Virus record (IMG/VR): IMGVR_UViG_3300034122_000710
DNA from: an uncultured virus (IMG/VR IMGVR_UViG_3300034122_000710)
Lineage: Duplodnaviria; Heunggongvirae; Uroviricota; Caudoviricetes
Reading direction: 5' to 3' (one strand)
Length of the DNA stretch: 64,000 nt
Positions 27,125 to 34,367 of the stretch are shown piece after piece (position 1 is the first letter of the stretch; every line of letters begins with the position of its first letter). A program made the position numbers and the translations under genes. The notes beneath the pieces are model-generated. The model was not told the origin of the DNA, searched no databases, and saw only the letters and a list, made by a program, of their open reading frames with translations.

Positions 27125-27898
27125 ATGACTCGCCCCATTGCGTCTCGCGTGTGCCCTGAGTGTGCCGCCGAGCGACCCTTGAGAGACTTCCGCCGATGGC
27201 ACGGCGCGTACCGTGTGCTGCATGAGGTGTGCAACGTGTGCCGTCCTGAGCGCAAGCTCAGCGAGATGAGCGACCGCGAGCGCACCGATGTGATCAACCT
27301 GCGCCAGCTTTCTTACCGGGCCATCGAGCGCATCAACCGTTCGGTGGAGTACCGCAAGCGACTCAGTCGCAGCGACGCCATGCGCCGCAGCACCCACATG
27401 CGCAAGCTCGACCGGATCAGGAACTGGAACGCCGCCATTGGTGACGCCGTGCGCGAGGAACTAGAGACGGCCAACCGCAAGCGCGACTCGTACCGCAACA
27501 TGGCCTCGCTCTACAACGACCCCAACCCGAAGATACATCTAAGCAGGGCACAAACCGCCGCTCGCTTGCGGCACGGCGCCTGGGCTGCGGATACCTGGAT
27601 ACCGTTCTACACGCGGTACGCCGAGATACTGGAGCGAGTGCGCGACCAGATTAAATACCGTGCCAATATCGTTGGCAATTCAATTACTCCAACCGAGGAG
27701 GAGACGAAGCTCGAAACCTATATAACCCCGGAGGAAATACTCGAACTGAAAAACCTGTACACGCAGGGCACAGTTATTCCCGGCGTGCGGCATCGAATAC
27801 CCTGGGTAATCGAAGGCCGGTATGCCAAGACCAAGCAACGGAGAAAACCGATTGCGACAAATGTCGCAATCACAACCAACGAAGGAGAAAGCAAATGA
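27125..27898 (+). CDS. Hypothetical protein with N-terminal CxxC...CxxC zinc finger
   Basis: AAGGAG RBS; CPEC...CNVC; basic, helical. Confidence 0.75.
   Translation: MTRPIASRVCPECAAERPLRDFRRWHGAYRVLHEVCNVCRPERKLSEMSDRERTDVINLRQLSYRAIERINRSVEYRKRLSRSDAMRRSTHMRKLDRIRNWNAAIGDAVREELETANRKRDSYRNMASLYNDPNPKIHLSRAQTAARLRHGAWAADTWIPFYTRYAEILERVRDQIKYRANIVGNSITPTEEETKLETYITPEEILELKNLYTQGTVIPGVRHRIPWVIEGRYAKTKQRRKPIATNVAITTNEGESK
27850..27871. repeat. Palindrome A, copy 4
   Basis: GATTGCGACA-AA-TGTCGCAATC in 3' end of previous gene, ahead of the GP88-like RBS. Confidence 0.9.
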
Positions 27899-28536
27899 AG
27901 ATCAGCGTGACGAGCAAGCTCGACGGCATCAAGTCTTGGTCGCTTGAGGCGTTGGATACCTGCCCGGGCAGTAAAAACAAAGACGGCACGCTAGTGCCTG
28001 CGTGCAGCGGGTGCTACGCCACAACGGGGCGCTACATCATGCCCACAACCAAGGCACCACGCATCCACAACAAGGAGGACTGGCGCCGTCCCGCGTGGGT
28101 CACGGACATGGTGGCTGCGCTCAGTGGGGAAAAGTATTTCAGGTGGTTCGACAGCGGCGACATGTACGCCTTGGGTCTGGCCAAAAAGATTCTCGCTGTC
28201 ATGCAGCAGACGCCCGACACCAAGCACTGGCTACCCACCCGGATGGCGAAGTTCCCCAAGTTCCAGGCTGTCATCGACGAGATGCGGGCGCTGCCCAATG
28301 TGATGGTCAGGTTCAGCGCGGACAGCGTCGATGGTGGGTACACACCCGGGCTACACGGCAGCACGATAGCGCCGTCGGGGGTCAAGCCCAAACACACCTT
28401 CATCTGCGGCGCCTACGACCGCGAAGGCAAGTGCGACGGGTGCCGCGCCTGTTGGGACAAGTCCATCAACGTCATCACCTACCCCGCACACGGCAGGAAG
28501 ATGGCCAAGGTCATTCAGATTTCCGGGTCACGGTGA
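27895..28536 (+). CDS. GP88-like protein (divergent radical-SAM-like Fe-S protein)
   Basis: TSKL...SWSL.A..TCPG...C.GCYA, RWFDSGD, HWLPTR, C.....GKC.GCRACWD. Confidence 0.75.
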   Translation: MKISVTSKLDGIKSWSLEALDTCPGSKNKDGTLVPACSGCYATTGRYIMPTTKAPRIHNKEDWRRPAWVTDMVAALSGEKYFRWFDSGDMYALGLAKKILAVMQQTPDTKHWLPTRMAKFPKFQAVIDEMRALPNVMVRFSADSVDGGYTPGLHGSTIAPSGVKPKHTFICGAYDREGKCDGCRACWDKSINVITYPAHGRKMAKVIQISGSR

Positions 28537-28548
28537 CCCGGTCTTAAC

Positions 28549-28570
28549 GGGGGTGACGCCACCCCCTTTT
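28549..28570 (+). terminator. Intrinsic terminator
   Basis: GGGGGTG-ACGC-CACCCCC-TTTT. Confidence 0.7.
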
Positions 28571-28610
28571 CATCGGGGCTTCGGCCCCATTCAACTAGGA
28601 GAAAGCAACC

Positions 28611-29126
28611 ATGAACAAGATTCAAACAGCACAACGCAACGCCACCATCGCCCTGCACAAGCAGGCCCTGCGGATCGAGCTTGCTCGCCACCCCGAAGTC
28701 AAGAACATCCTCATGATGTTCCCCCCTGCCCTGCGCAAGGAGGTGCGCTTGCATCTCAGCGACTACGGCGACAGCGTCAACTTCACGCTCACCATGCGCG
28801 ACCTGGAGTCCTTCAAGGACAAGCAACTGACCAAGCTCCTGGCCAAGTTCGCAGGTGACGAGTGGCAAACGCAGACCTCTGACTACACCTACAGCGACGC
28901 ACCCAACCGGGACTTCAGCTTCAACCGCACCATCGCCTGGACGCCCAAGCCAAGCAAGCACACACGCTGGTTGGACACCAACGAAGAACCCATTCCCAAC
29001 ACCTTCCGCGTCTACATCACCCTCTACACCTACGTGAAGAGCGACTCGCCGACCTGCCGCATAGTGGTCGAGGGCTACGAGGAAGAAGTCGTGCGCAAGG
29101 AGATCAAGAAGATCGTCTGCGCCTAA
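28611..29126 (+). CDS. Hypothetical early protein (171 aa)
   Basis: AGGAGAAAGC RBS motif; C-terminal CRIVV.G...V...IKKIVC. Confidence 0.8.
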   Translation: MNKIQTAQRNATIALHKQALRIELARHPEVKNILMMFPPALRKEVRLHLSDYGDSVNFTLTMRDLESFKDKQLTKLLAKFAGDEWQTQTSDYTYSDAPNRDFSFNRTIAWTPKPSKHTRWLDTNEEPIPNTFRVYITLYTYVKSDSPTCRIVVEGYEEEVVRKEIKKIVCA

Positions 29127-29173
29127 CCAACCCGGGGCGGCATGTCGCCGCCCCACAACCCAAGGAGAAAGCC

Positions 29174-29371
29174 ATGAACGAAGTTCTTATGCAGACCTAC
29201 GACAACGAAGAGTTCCTCTACACCTACCAGATCGTCGGCAACGAGGGTGCGTACAAGGTGTGGAAGTCCACCGGCCCCATCACTGGGGGCTACATCAACA
29301 AGGGCGAGAGCTTCGACACCGCCATCGATGCGATGGAAGCGCTTGTCGAGTACATCAAGAAAGGAGAGTGA
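29174..29371 (+). CDS. Hypothetical early protein
   Basis: AGGAGAAAGC RBS motif. Confidence 0.75.
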   Translation: MNEVLMQTYDNEEFLYTYQIVGNEGAYKVWKSTGPITGGYINKGESFDTAIDAMEALVEYIKKGE

Positions 29372-29373
29372 CC

Positions 29374-29553
29374 ATGAAAGTGAAAGACCTGATCGAAGCA
29401 CTGCAAGAAGCTGGCGTCAACGGCGACGCCGAGGTATATGTGTGGGTGGCGGGCACGCGCTATCGCATCGCCGCCGACTACCCTGTTGACCCCTGGGATG
29501 GGGTTGGCCGACTCGTGGACATCAACACAGAAGGAGATGAGGTGCCAGCATGA
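29374..29553 (+). CDS. Small protein, MKVKDLIEAL family
   Basis: AAGGAG RBS; ATG at 29374. Confidence 0.7.
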   Translation: MKVKDLIEALQEAGVNGDAEVYVWVAGTRYRIAADYPVDPWDGVGRLVDINTEGDEVPA

Positions 29554-29765
29554 AAGACAACATCACCGCACTACCCGTGCGCCCCACCAAGGACGACGAC
29601 TACCTGCACGCTGCGCTGTGCATGATCGGTGAGGGGGGTGACTTCGCTAAGAGCATCGGCAAGGCGTATGTCCACGCCGACAGCCACAACAACGCACGCC
29701 TACGCGCTGCCTTCCCCGACCTGTTCACTCAGTTCTACATCAAGTACCAGGAACACAGGTCATGA
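29550..29765 (+). CDS. Small conserved phage protein
   Basis: GG.FA..IG.AY..AD..N...L..AFPDLF..F motif; ATGA overlap. Confidence 0.75.
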   Translation: MKDNITALPVRPTKDDDYLHAALCMIGEGGDFAKSIGKAYVHADSHNNARLRAAFPDLFTQFYIKYQEHRS

Positions 29766-29941
29766 AGGTCAAGGAACTGATCGAGTACCTACGCAGCGCG
29801 GCTGATCTCGATGCTGAGATGCTACCGGGTATGACCTACTGCCAAGTCATCGAGGAACTGAGCAAGCGCGACCCCGAGGACGAGGTCAGCGTACGCAACG
29901 GCGACAGGGTCTACACCATCGAGCGTGGGCCTTTGCATTGA
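29762..29941 (+). CDS. Small protein, MKVKELIEYL family with internal duplication (59 aa)
   Basis: ATGA overlap; below ORF-track cutoff; translated by hand. Confidence 0.65.
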   Translation: MKVKELIEYLRSAADLDAEMLPGMTYCQVIEELSKRDPEDEVSVRNGDRVYTIERGPLH

Positions 29942-29992
29942 AACCCCGTGGCCACTGCGGTTCAGTGGCACATCAACTAGGAGAAAGCAACC

Positions 29993-30400
29993 ATGATTGA
30001 CATCAACACCATCTTCAACAACGCCGTCACTGCCGCCGTCGAGGCGCACATCACGGCCATCCAGCAACAGCACGCCAACATCGTGGGAGAACTGGCTCAG
30101 CGCATCGCTGCACTAGAAACCCGACTGACCGAGGCTTCGCTCTTTCAGAAGGAGACGAACGTCACCGTAGACATGGACGCCCTGCGTGAACTGGTCACCC
30201 CGCTGGTGGGCAGCATGGTCGAGGCCAAGATCGAGGAAGCCATCCGCGCCCACGAGGAAGAGTACGACCATGACGAGTACGACAGGATGCTCCGCACAAT
30301 GGAAGACCATGACCTCGACGACTTCGTAAAGCAGCACGAGTTGGAGGATGCCGTCAAGGACGCAGTGCGCGACCTGACCTTCGAGGTCAGCGTCAGCTAA
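29993..30400 (+). CDS. Hypothetical acidic helical protein
   Basis: AGGAGAAAGC RBS motif; D/E-rich C-terminal half. Confidence 0.8.
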   Translation: MIDINTIFNNAVTAAVEAHITAIQQQHANIVGELAQRIAALETRLTEASLFQKETNVTVDMDALRELVTPLVGSMVEAKIEEAIRAHEEEYDHDEYDRMLRTMEDHDLDDFVKQHELEDAVKDAVRDLTFEVSVS

Positions 30401-30411
30401 GGAGAAAGCAA

Positions 30412-30627
30412 ATGACCAACGGAGTAACCAAAGACTTCATCGATTCGCTTACTGCGAAAGAACGCGCTGACCTGCTTGCAGGACTGACGAACTTGCATCT
30501 GAAGCGCACCGCAAGCGACGCGCTGATGACGGCGAGCCTGCTCACGCACTGCCTCAGAGCGTTGGGCATGCACGAGGAGGCGGAGTACGTGGCCAACCTG
30601 CAGCACCGCTTGTTCGACCTGACCTGA
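30412..30627 (+). CDS. Hypothetical protein
   Basis: AGGAGAAAGC RBS motif. Confidence 0.75.
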   Translation: MTNGVTKDFIDSLTAKERADLLAGLTNLHLKRTASDALMTASLLTHCLRALGMHEEAEYVANLQHRLFDLT

Positions 30628-30646
30628 AATTTTTTTCACCCGACCC

Positions 30647-30690
30647 TTCCCATATCTGTGGGAAGGGGTTACACTGTCCACATCTGGACA
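30647..30690 (+). promoter_or_regulatory. Putative sigma70 promoter with overlapping operator-like box
   Basis: TTCCCA-17-TACACT; perfect TGTCCA-CATC-TGGACA at 30675-30690. Confidence 0.6.
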
Positions 30691-30737
30691 CCCGTAGCCG
30701 CTGCGGATCAGCGGCAATCTCAACTAGGAGAAAGCAA

Positions 30738-31712
30738 ATGGCACATCAAATCGCAATCACCAACGGCGTCGCCCAGTACGCCTCCACGCAACGCGAGTGG
30801 CACGGCCTGGGGCAGTTGATGCTGCCCGGGCAGTCCATTGAGAAATGGCAAGAGGAAGCCGGTATGAACTATGAAGTGCAGCGTGGCTATGTGCGCTACG
30901 CCACCGAGCGTGGGCAGAACGCCGATCAGATGAAGGTAGTGAAGGACAAGGTGGTGCTGTTCCGCAGCGACACCAAGGACGCCCTGGGCGTGGTGTCGGA
31001 TTCGTATAAGGTTGTTCAGCCCCGTGAGGTGCTGGAGTTCTTCCGTGACTGGGCGCAAGCCGGTGGCATGACGATTGAGTCAGCCGGTGTTTTGTTTGGG
31101 GGTAAGCGTTATTTCGCCACCGCCAAGCTCGCCGAAGGCGTATGCGTCGATGGGTACTCCGACAAGGTTGTGCCCTACGCTCTCCTGTCTACCTCCGCCG
31201 ATGGCTCCCTGGCCACCGAGGCCCGGTGGACTACCGTCCGGGTTGTGTGCAACAACACCCTGAGCATGGCACGCGAGGGCAAGGCCGCAGTGCGGGTGAC
31301 GCACCGCAGCGAGTTCAAGCCTGAAGAAGTCCAATCAGTATTGGAGAACGCCAACGCTGAGTTCCATGCCTTCATGGAGATGAGCAGGCAACTGGCGGGT
31401 ATCCGCCTGTCCCGTCCCTTGGCAGAAGACCTCACGCTCCACCTGTTCAAGACTGGCACAACCAAGGATGCCGACAAGGTCAAGGAGTCGCGTGGTTATG
31501 TTCGAGTTCTCGAACTCTTCAACGGCGCGGCCAAGGGCGCCATGCTTGAGACAGCGCAGGAGACTGCGTGGGGTTGGCTCAACGCGGTGACCGAGTACGC
31601 TGACCACCACATCCGCGCTCACTCGGATGAGAACCGCACTGCCTCTGCTCTGTGGGGCCAGGGCGATACGCTCAAGAACCGTGCGGTGGAGTTGGCTCTG
31701 GCTGCGGCTTGA
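30738..31712 (+). CDS. DUF932 / phage-plasmid TIGR03299-like protein
   Basis: WHGLG, LGVVSDSYKVVQP.E...F, ESAG.L.GG, TTVRVVCNNTL, TAWGWLNAVTEYADH. Confidence 0.85.
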   Translation: MAHQIAITNGVAQYASTQREWHGLGQLMLPGQSIEKWQEEAGMNYEVQRGYVRYATERGQNADQMKVVKDKVVLFRSDTKDALGVVSDSYKVVQPREVLEFFRDWAQAGGMTIESAGVLFGGKRYFATAKLAEGVCVDGYSDKVVPYALLSTSADGSLATEARWTTVRVVCNNTLSMAREGKAAVRVTHRSEFKPEEVQSVLENANAEFHAFMEMSRQLAGIRLSRPLAEDLTLHLFKTGTTKDADKVKESRGYVRVLELFNGAAKGAMLETAQETAWGWLNAVTEYADHHIRAHSDENRTASALWGQGDTLKNRAVELALAAA

Positions 31713-31760
31713 GAAGGCTCACTATCAACAGCCACTATCAACATCTTCTCTTCCGGGGGC

Positions 31761-31795
31761 TTGCGCCCTCGGTTGAGTTTGTCTAAACTTGGACT
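31761..31795 (+). promoter_or_regulatory. Putative sigma70 promoter with overlapping operator-like box
   Basis: TTGCGC-17-TAAACT; TGTCTA-AACT-TGGACT at 31780-31795. Confidence 0.6.
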
Positions 31796-31818
31796 TCCCA
31801 CAACCAAAGGAGAAAGCA

Positions 31819-32205
31819 ATGACCGAAACCATCATTAAAACCAAGACCAACAAGGCCGCGCTAATCCGCGAGCTTCTCAAAGACAAAACCAAGAGCCGCG
31901 CGCAGATCGCCGAGGAGGTGGGCTGCAAGGTGCAGTACGTCTTCAGCGTGCAGAACCATGACCGAGTGAAAGCGAAGAAGCTCAAGGCCAAGAAAGCGTA
32001 CGAGCGCAAGCTGGAGCGCCTCAAGGGCGCATCGAAGCGCAAGTACGTCAAGAGTGGCAAGTACGCGAAGAAGGTTCCCGCGCCCACCACGCCGGTGGTG
32101 GAGCCGATTGTGAAGACCCAGTACATCGAGATCGAGGTACCGCAGCCGCACTACAACCTCACATGGCGCCAGCGTTTCACTGCGCTGTTTTTCGGGAGGG
32201 TCTGA
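31819..32205 (+). CDS. Basic HTH DNA-binding protein
   Basis: NKAALIRELL...SRAQIAEEVGCKVQYVFSV; AGGAGAAAGC RBS. Confidence 0.7.
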   Translation: MTETIIKTKTNKAALIRELLKDKTKSRAQIAEEVGCKVQYVFSVQNHDRVKAKKLKAKKAYERKLERLKGASKRKYVKSGKYAKKVPAPTTPVVEPIVKTQYIEIEVPQPHYNLTWRQRFTALFFGRV

Positions 32206-32207
32206 GC

Positions 32208-32399
32208 ATGAAGTTCTACGAGGTCGAACTCAAACGCGAGTCCTACATCACCATCGTTGTCGCCGCCTACTCCAAGGAGGAAGCGGAAGCGAAGGCATGG
32301 CAAGAGATCGAGCATAACCGTGCCGACATCAACGACGCCAACTGGGACATCGAATCCATTGAAGAAGCGGAAAGAACAGAAGAGGAGAGAGCCGAATGA
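32208..32399 (+). CDS. Small acidic protein (DpnD/PcfM-like pattern)
   Basis: YEVE.......V.A.S.EEAE.KA pattern. Confidence 0.65.
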   Translation: MKFYEVELKRESYITIVVAAYSKEEAEAKAWQEIEHNRADINDANWDIESIEEAERTEEERAE

Positions 32400-32557
32400 A
32401 GACACGAGCATTGAAGATGGTGCGCCAGTTGTTCGCGGTGGACTACGTACCTATCCACACGCAGCGCCACAACCAACGGCAGTGGGTCAAGAGCGTTCGA
32501 CAACTGGGTGACCGATGGCTACTCGCAAAGCCCCTCGACGTGCAAAAGAAGCACTAG
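32396..32557 (+). CDS. Small conserved phage protein (53 aa)
   Basis: GAGGAG RBS; RHNQRQWVKSVRQLGDRWLLA; translated by hand. Confidence 0.65.
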   Translation: MKTRALKMVRQLFAVDYVPIHTQRHNQRQWVKSVRQLGDRWLLAKPLDVQKKH

Positions 32558-32667
32558 ACCCGCCGCCCAAGGTCTGGCCCTTCCCAACGTGGAAGGGTCA
32601 GCCGTACAAACCAAGGAAACAACCAAAGCCGAAGGCATGGGAAGCCATGCCCGAGGCGCTGATGTAG
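32515..32667 (+). CDS. Small Pro-rich protein (WPFP motif, 50 aa)
   Basis: Translated by hand; WPFP...PEALM; start uncertain. Confidence 0.45.
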   Translation: MATRKAPRRAKEALDPPPKVWPFPTWKGQPYKPRKQPKPKAWEAMPEALM

Positions 32668-32676
32668 GAGAAACAA

Positions 32677-32799
32677 ATGCAACGCTATGAAGACGATGGC
32701 CTGGACGATCTGGGCTGGCTCATCCTCATGCTGATGGCACTGGGCTTTCTGTTCTTTGCCGTGGTGACGTTCATCGCGTGGATGGGGTGGCTGACATGA
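32677..32799 (+). CDS. Small single-TM membrane protein (40 aa)
   Basis: AGGAG RBS; acidic N-terminus plus hydrophobic helix. Confidence 0.6.
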   Translation: MQRYEDDGLDDLGWLILMLMALGFLFFAVVTFIAWMGWLT

Positions 32800-33017
32800 A
32801 CCTACGAGAAGCAGCGCAGCAGGCGCTTGAGGCAATGGCCTGTATGCGCGACATGGTTGCTCATCCCGACAACCTTCAGTTCATTGACAACGCAATCACC
32901 GCCCTCCGAGCCGCGCTTGCGGAGCCTCAAGAAAAGTACACACGGGGCACCCCGCTGCTAGATGCTTTCCTGTTGGCACCTAAACCGGGGCAACTCAAAG
33001 ACAGGGGAAAGGAATGA
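32796..33017 (+). CDS. Hypothetical protein (LREAAQQALEA...AITALRAALAEP family)
   Basis: ATGA overlap; motif common in phage accessory genes. Confidence 0.7.
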   Translation: MNLREAAQQALEAMACMRDMVAHPDNLQFIDNAITALRAALAEPQEKYTRGTPLLDAFLLAPKPGQLKDRGKE

Positions 33018-33220
33018 GCGGCGATCACAACGCAATACTGGCACAGATAGATGCACAACCCAAGCCAAGACAGAAGGTATCTGAGAGATCAGTGCGGGTC
33101 ACCATTGGCATGATGAGAACCCTCGCACGCAACATCCCCGTAAGTCCGTTTCACCTGCACGCCGCAGACCAGATGGAGCGGATGTTGGAAGAACTAATTA
33201 ACTTGAGGAAACAGAAATGA
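33014..33220 (+). CDS. Hypothetical protein
   Basis: ATGA overlaps at both ends. Confidence 0.65.
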   Translation: MSGDHNAILAQIDAQPKPRQKVSERSVRVTIGMMRTLARNIPVSPFHLHAADQMERMLEELINLRKQK

Positions 33221-33447
33221 CCAAGACTATTAAAGACAATGATGACGGCGCACGCGTGTTCGCCGATGGCCGCAACCTCGCTGTTGGCAAAGGGCGCATC
33301 CTGTGGGGCACCGCCACGCAGACGAGCCGCAACATGGTGTACGAGGAAGGCTGGGTTCTGCCCGGTGGTCAACGCACAAAAAACTACGATGTCGCGCAAG
33401 CCTACGCCAGTTGGATTGACGAGCAGTGCAGGGCGTGGGGTCGTTGA
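33217..33447 (+). CDS. Hypothetical protein (EGWVLPGG motif)
   Basis: ATGA overlap; GAGG RBS. Confidence 0.65.
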   Translation: MTKTIKDNDDGARVFADGRNLAVGKGRILWGTATQTSRNMVYEEGWVLPGGQRTKNYDVAQAYASWIDEQCRAWGR

Positions 33448-33869
33448 TGCCGTACACGCCTGTACCACCAAACCAGAAAGGCAGGCGGCAGATCAAGATC
33501 AACGCGCTCACGCAGGCCCAACTGATCAAGCTCCTCCTCGAAGGCACATACACGTGTGCCGAACTGGCCGAGATGACGGGCCTTCACTACGTGACCGTAC
33601 TCCAATACACACGGGAACTCCACCGTGCGGGCGCTGCCCACATCAGCGGGTGGGAGAAAGACCGGCGAGGGTGTGATGTGGCTAAGATTTACAAACTTGG
33701 TGTAGGCAACGACAAGCGGCGTCAGCGCAAGTCTGACGCAGAAAAGCAAGCCGCCTACCGAACCAAGAAGAAGCAAATCAAAGTCATGGAGATGTTGACA
33801 TCATGCAGTGCCCAGAGTGTGGAGCGAAAGCCCACGCCCTTGAAGTTAGAGCCACAACTGGTGGCCTGA
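33447..33869 (+). CDS. Winged-HTH DNA-binding protein
   Basis: TCAELAEMTGLHYVTV.QY.RELH..G..HI.GW; TGATG coupling. Confidence 0.7.
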   Translation: MPYTPVPPNQKGRRQIKINALTQAQLIKLLLEGTYTCAELAEMTGLHYVTVLQYTRELHRAGAAHISGWEKDRRGCDVAKIYKLGVGNDKRRQRKSDAEKQAAYRTKKKQIKVMEMLTSCSAQSVERKPTPLKLEPQLVA

Positions 33870-34144
33870 AGCGAAGGAGATACGAGTGTCAGACGTGCGC
33901 GTTTCGATTTACGACAGTGGGGACACCGCAGGACCTGCGGCTGGACATGCACAACAACCCGCACCGCCACGAGCAGGCAGTGAGGACATCAAGGCAGGAG
34001 AAAGCCTACTACGCGCAAATGATCGCCAGGAAGGAGGCACCCATTACAAGCAGTTCAGATACGAAACCTGGGACGTTATCGTTGACTGGAATCTTGGCTA
34101 CTTGGATGGCAACGCCGTCAAGTACCTCAGCCGATGGCGACTGA
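33803..34144 (+). CDS. NrdR-like zinc-ribbon protein
   Basis: MQCPECG...RRRYEC..C.FRFTT; C-terminal extent doubtful. Confidence 0.6.
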   Translation: MQCPECGAKAHALEVRATTGGLKRRRYECQTCAFRFTTVGTPQDLRLDMHNNPHRHEQAVRTSRQEKAYYAQMIARKEAPITSSSDTKPGTLSLTGILATWMATPSSTSADGD

Positions 34145-34224
34145 AGGGTGGCATACAAGACCTGAAGAAGGCGCGCCACTACATCGACAAACTCATCGAA
34201 ACAGAAGAAGCAAAGAATTCATAG
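33886..34224 (+). CDS. DUF3310 (SaV-like) protein; start uncertain
   Basis: ANDRQ.GG.HYK...GNAVKYLSRW..KGG.QDLKKARHYIDKLIE; domain begins ~34012. Confidence 0.75.
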   Translation: MSDVRVSIYDSGDTAGPAAGHAQQPAPPRAGSEDIKAGESLLRANDRQEGGTHYKQFRYETWDVIVDWNLGYLDGNAVKYLSRWRLKGGIQDLKKARHYIDKLIETEEAKNS

Positions 34225-34239
34225 GCGGCGCGTTGGTTT

Positions 34240-34367
34240 GGTAACGGTGGCAAGCCTTGCAGATGCGACCCACTATTGCCGCTTGCGCAGTGCCGCTTGG
34301 AAAGTACTTGCTGCGCAAGCATCCGTTTACCTAGACCGAGGGGGCTAGGAATCTGCATCACCCCCTC
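34240..34367 (+). ncRNA. Predicted highly structured intergenic RNA (junction plus pseudoknots)
   Basis: Six helices found by eye, each using a distinct segment (see findings); strand inferred from operon direction. Confidence 0.55.

Noticed and set aside
25620..27871. Palindromic repeats as a CRISPR array or integron attC array
   Set aside because: Spacing is irregular (roughly 460, 630 and 1140 bp) and filled by genes; no cas operon or integron integrase; no GTTRRRY cores.
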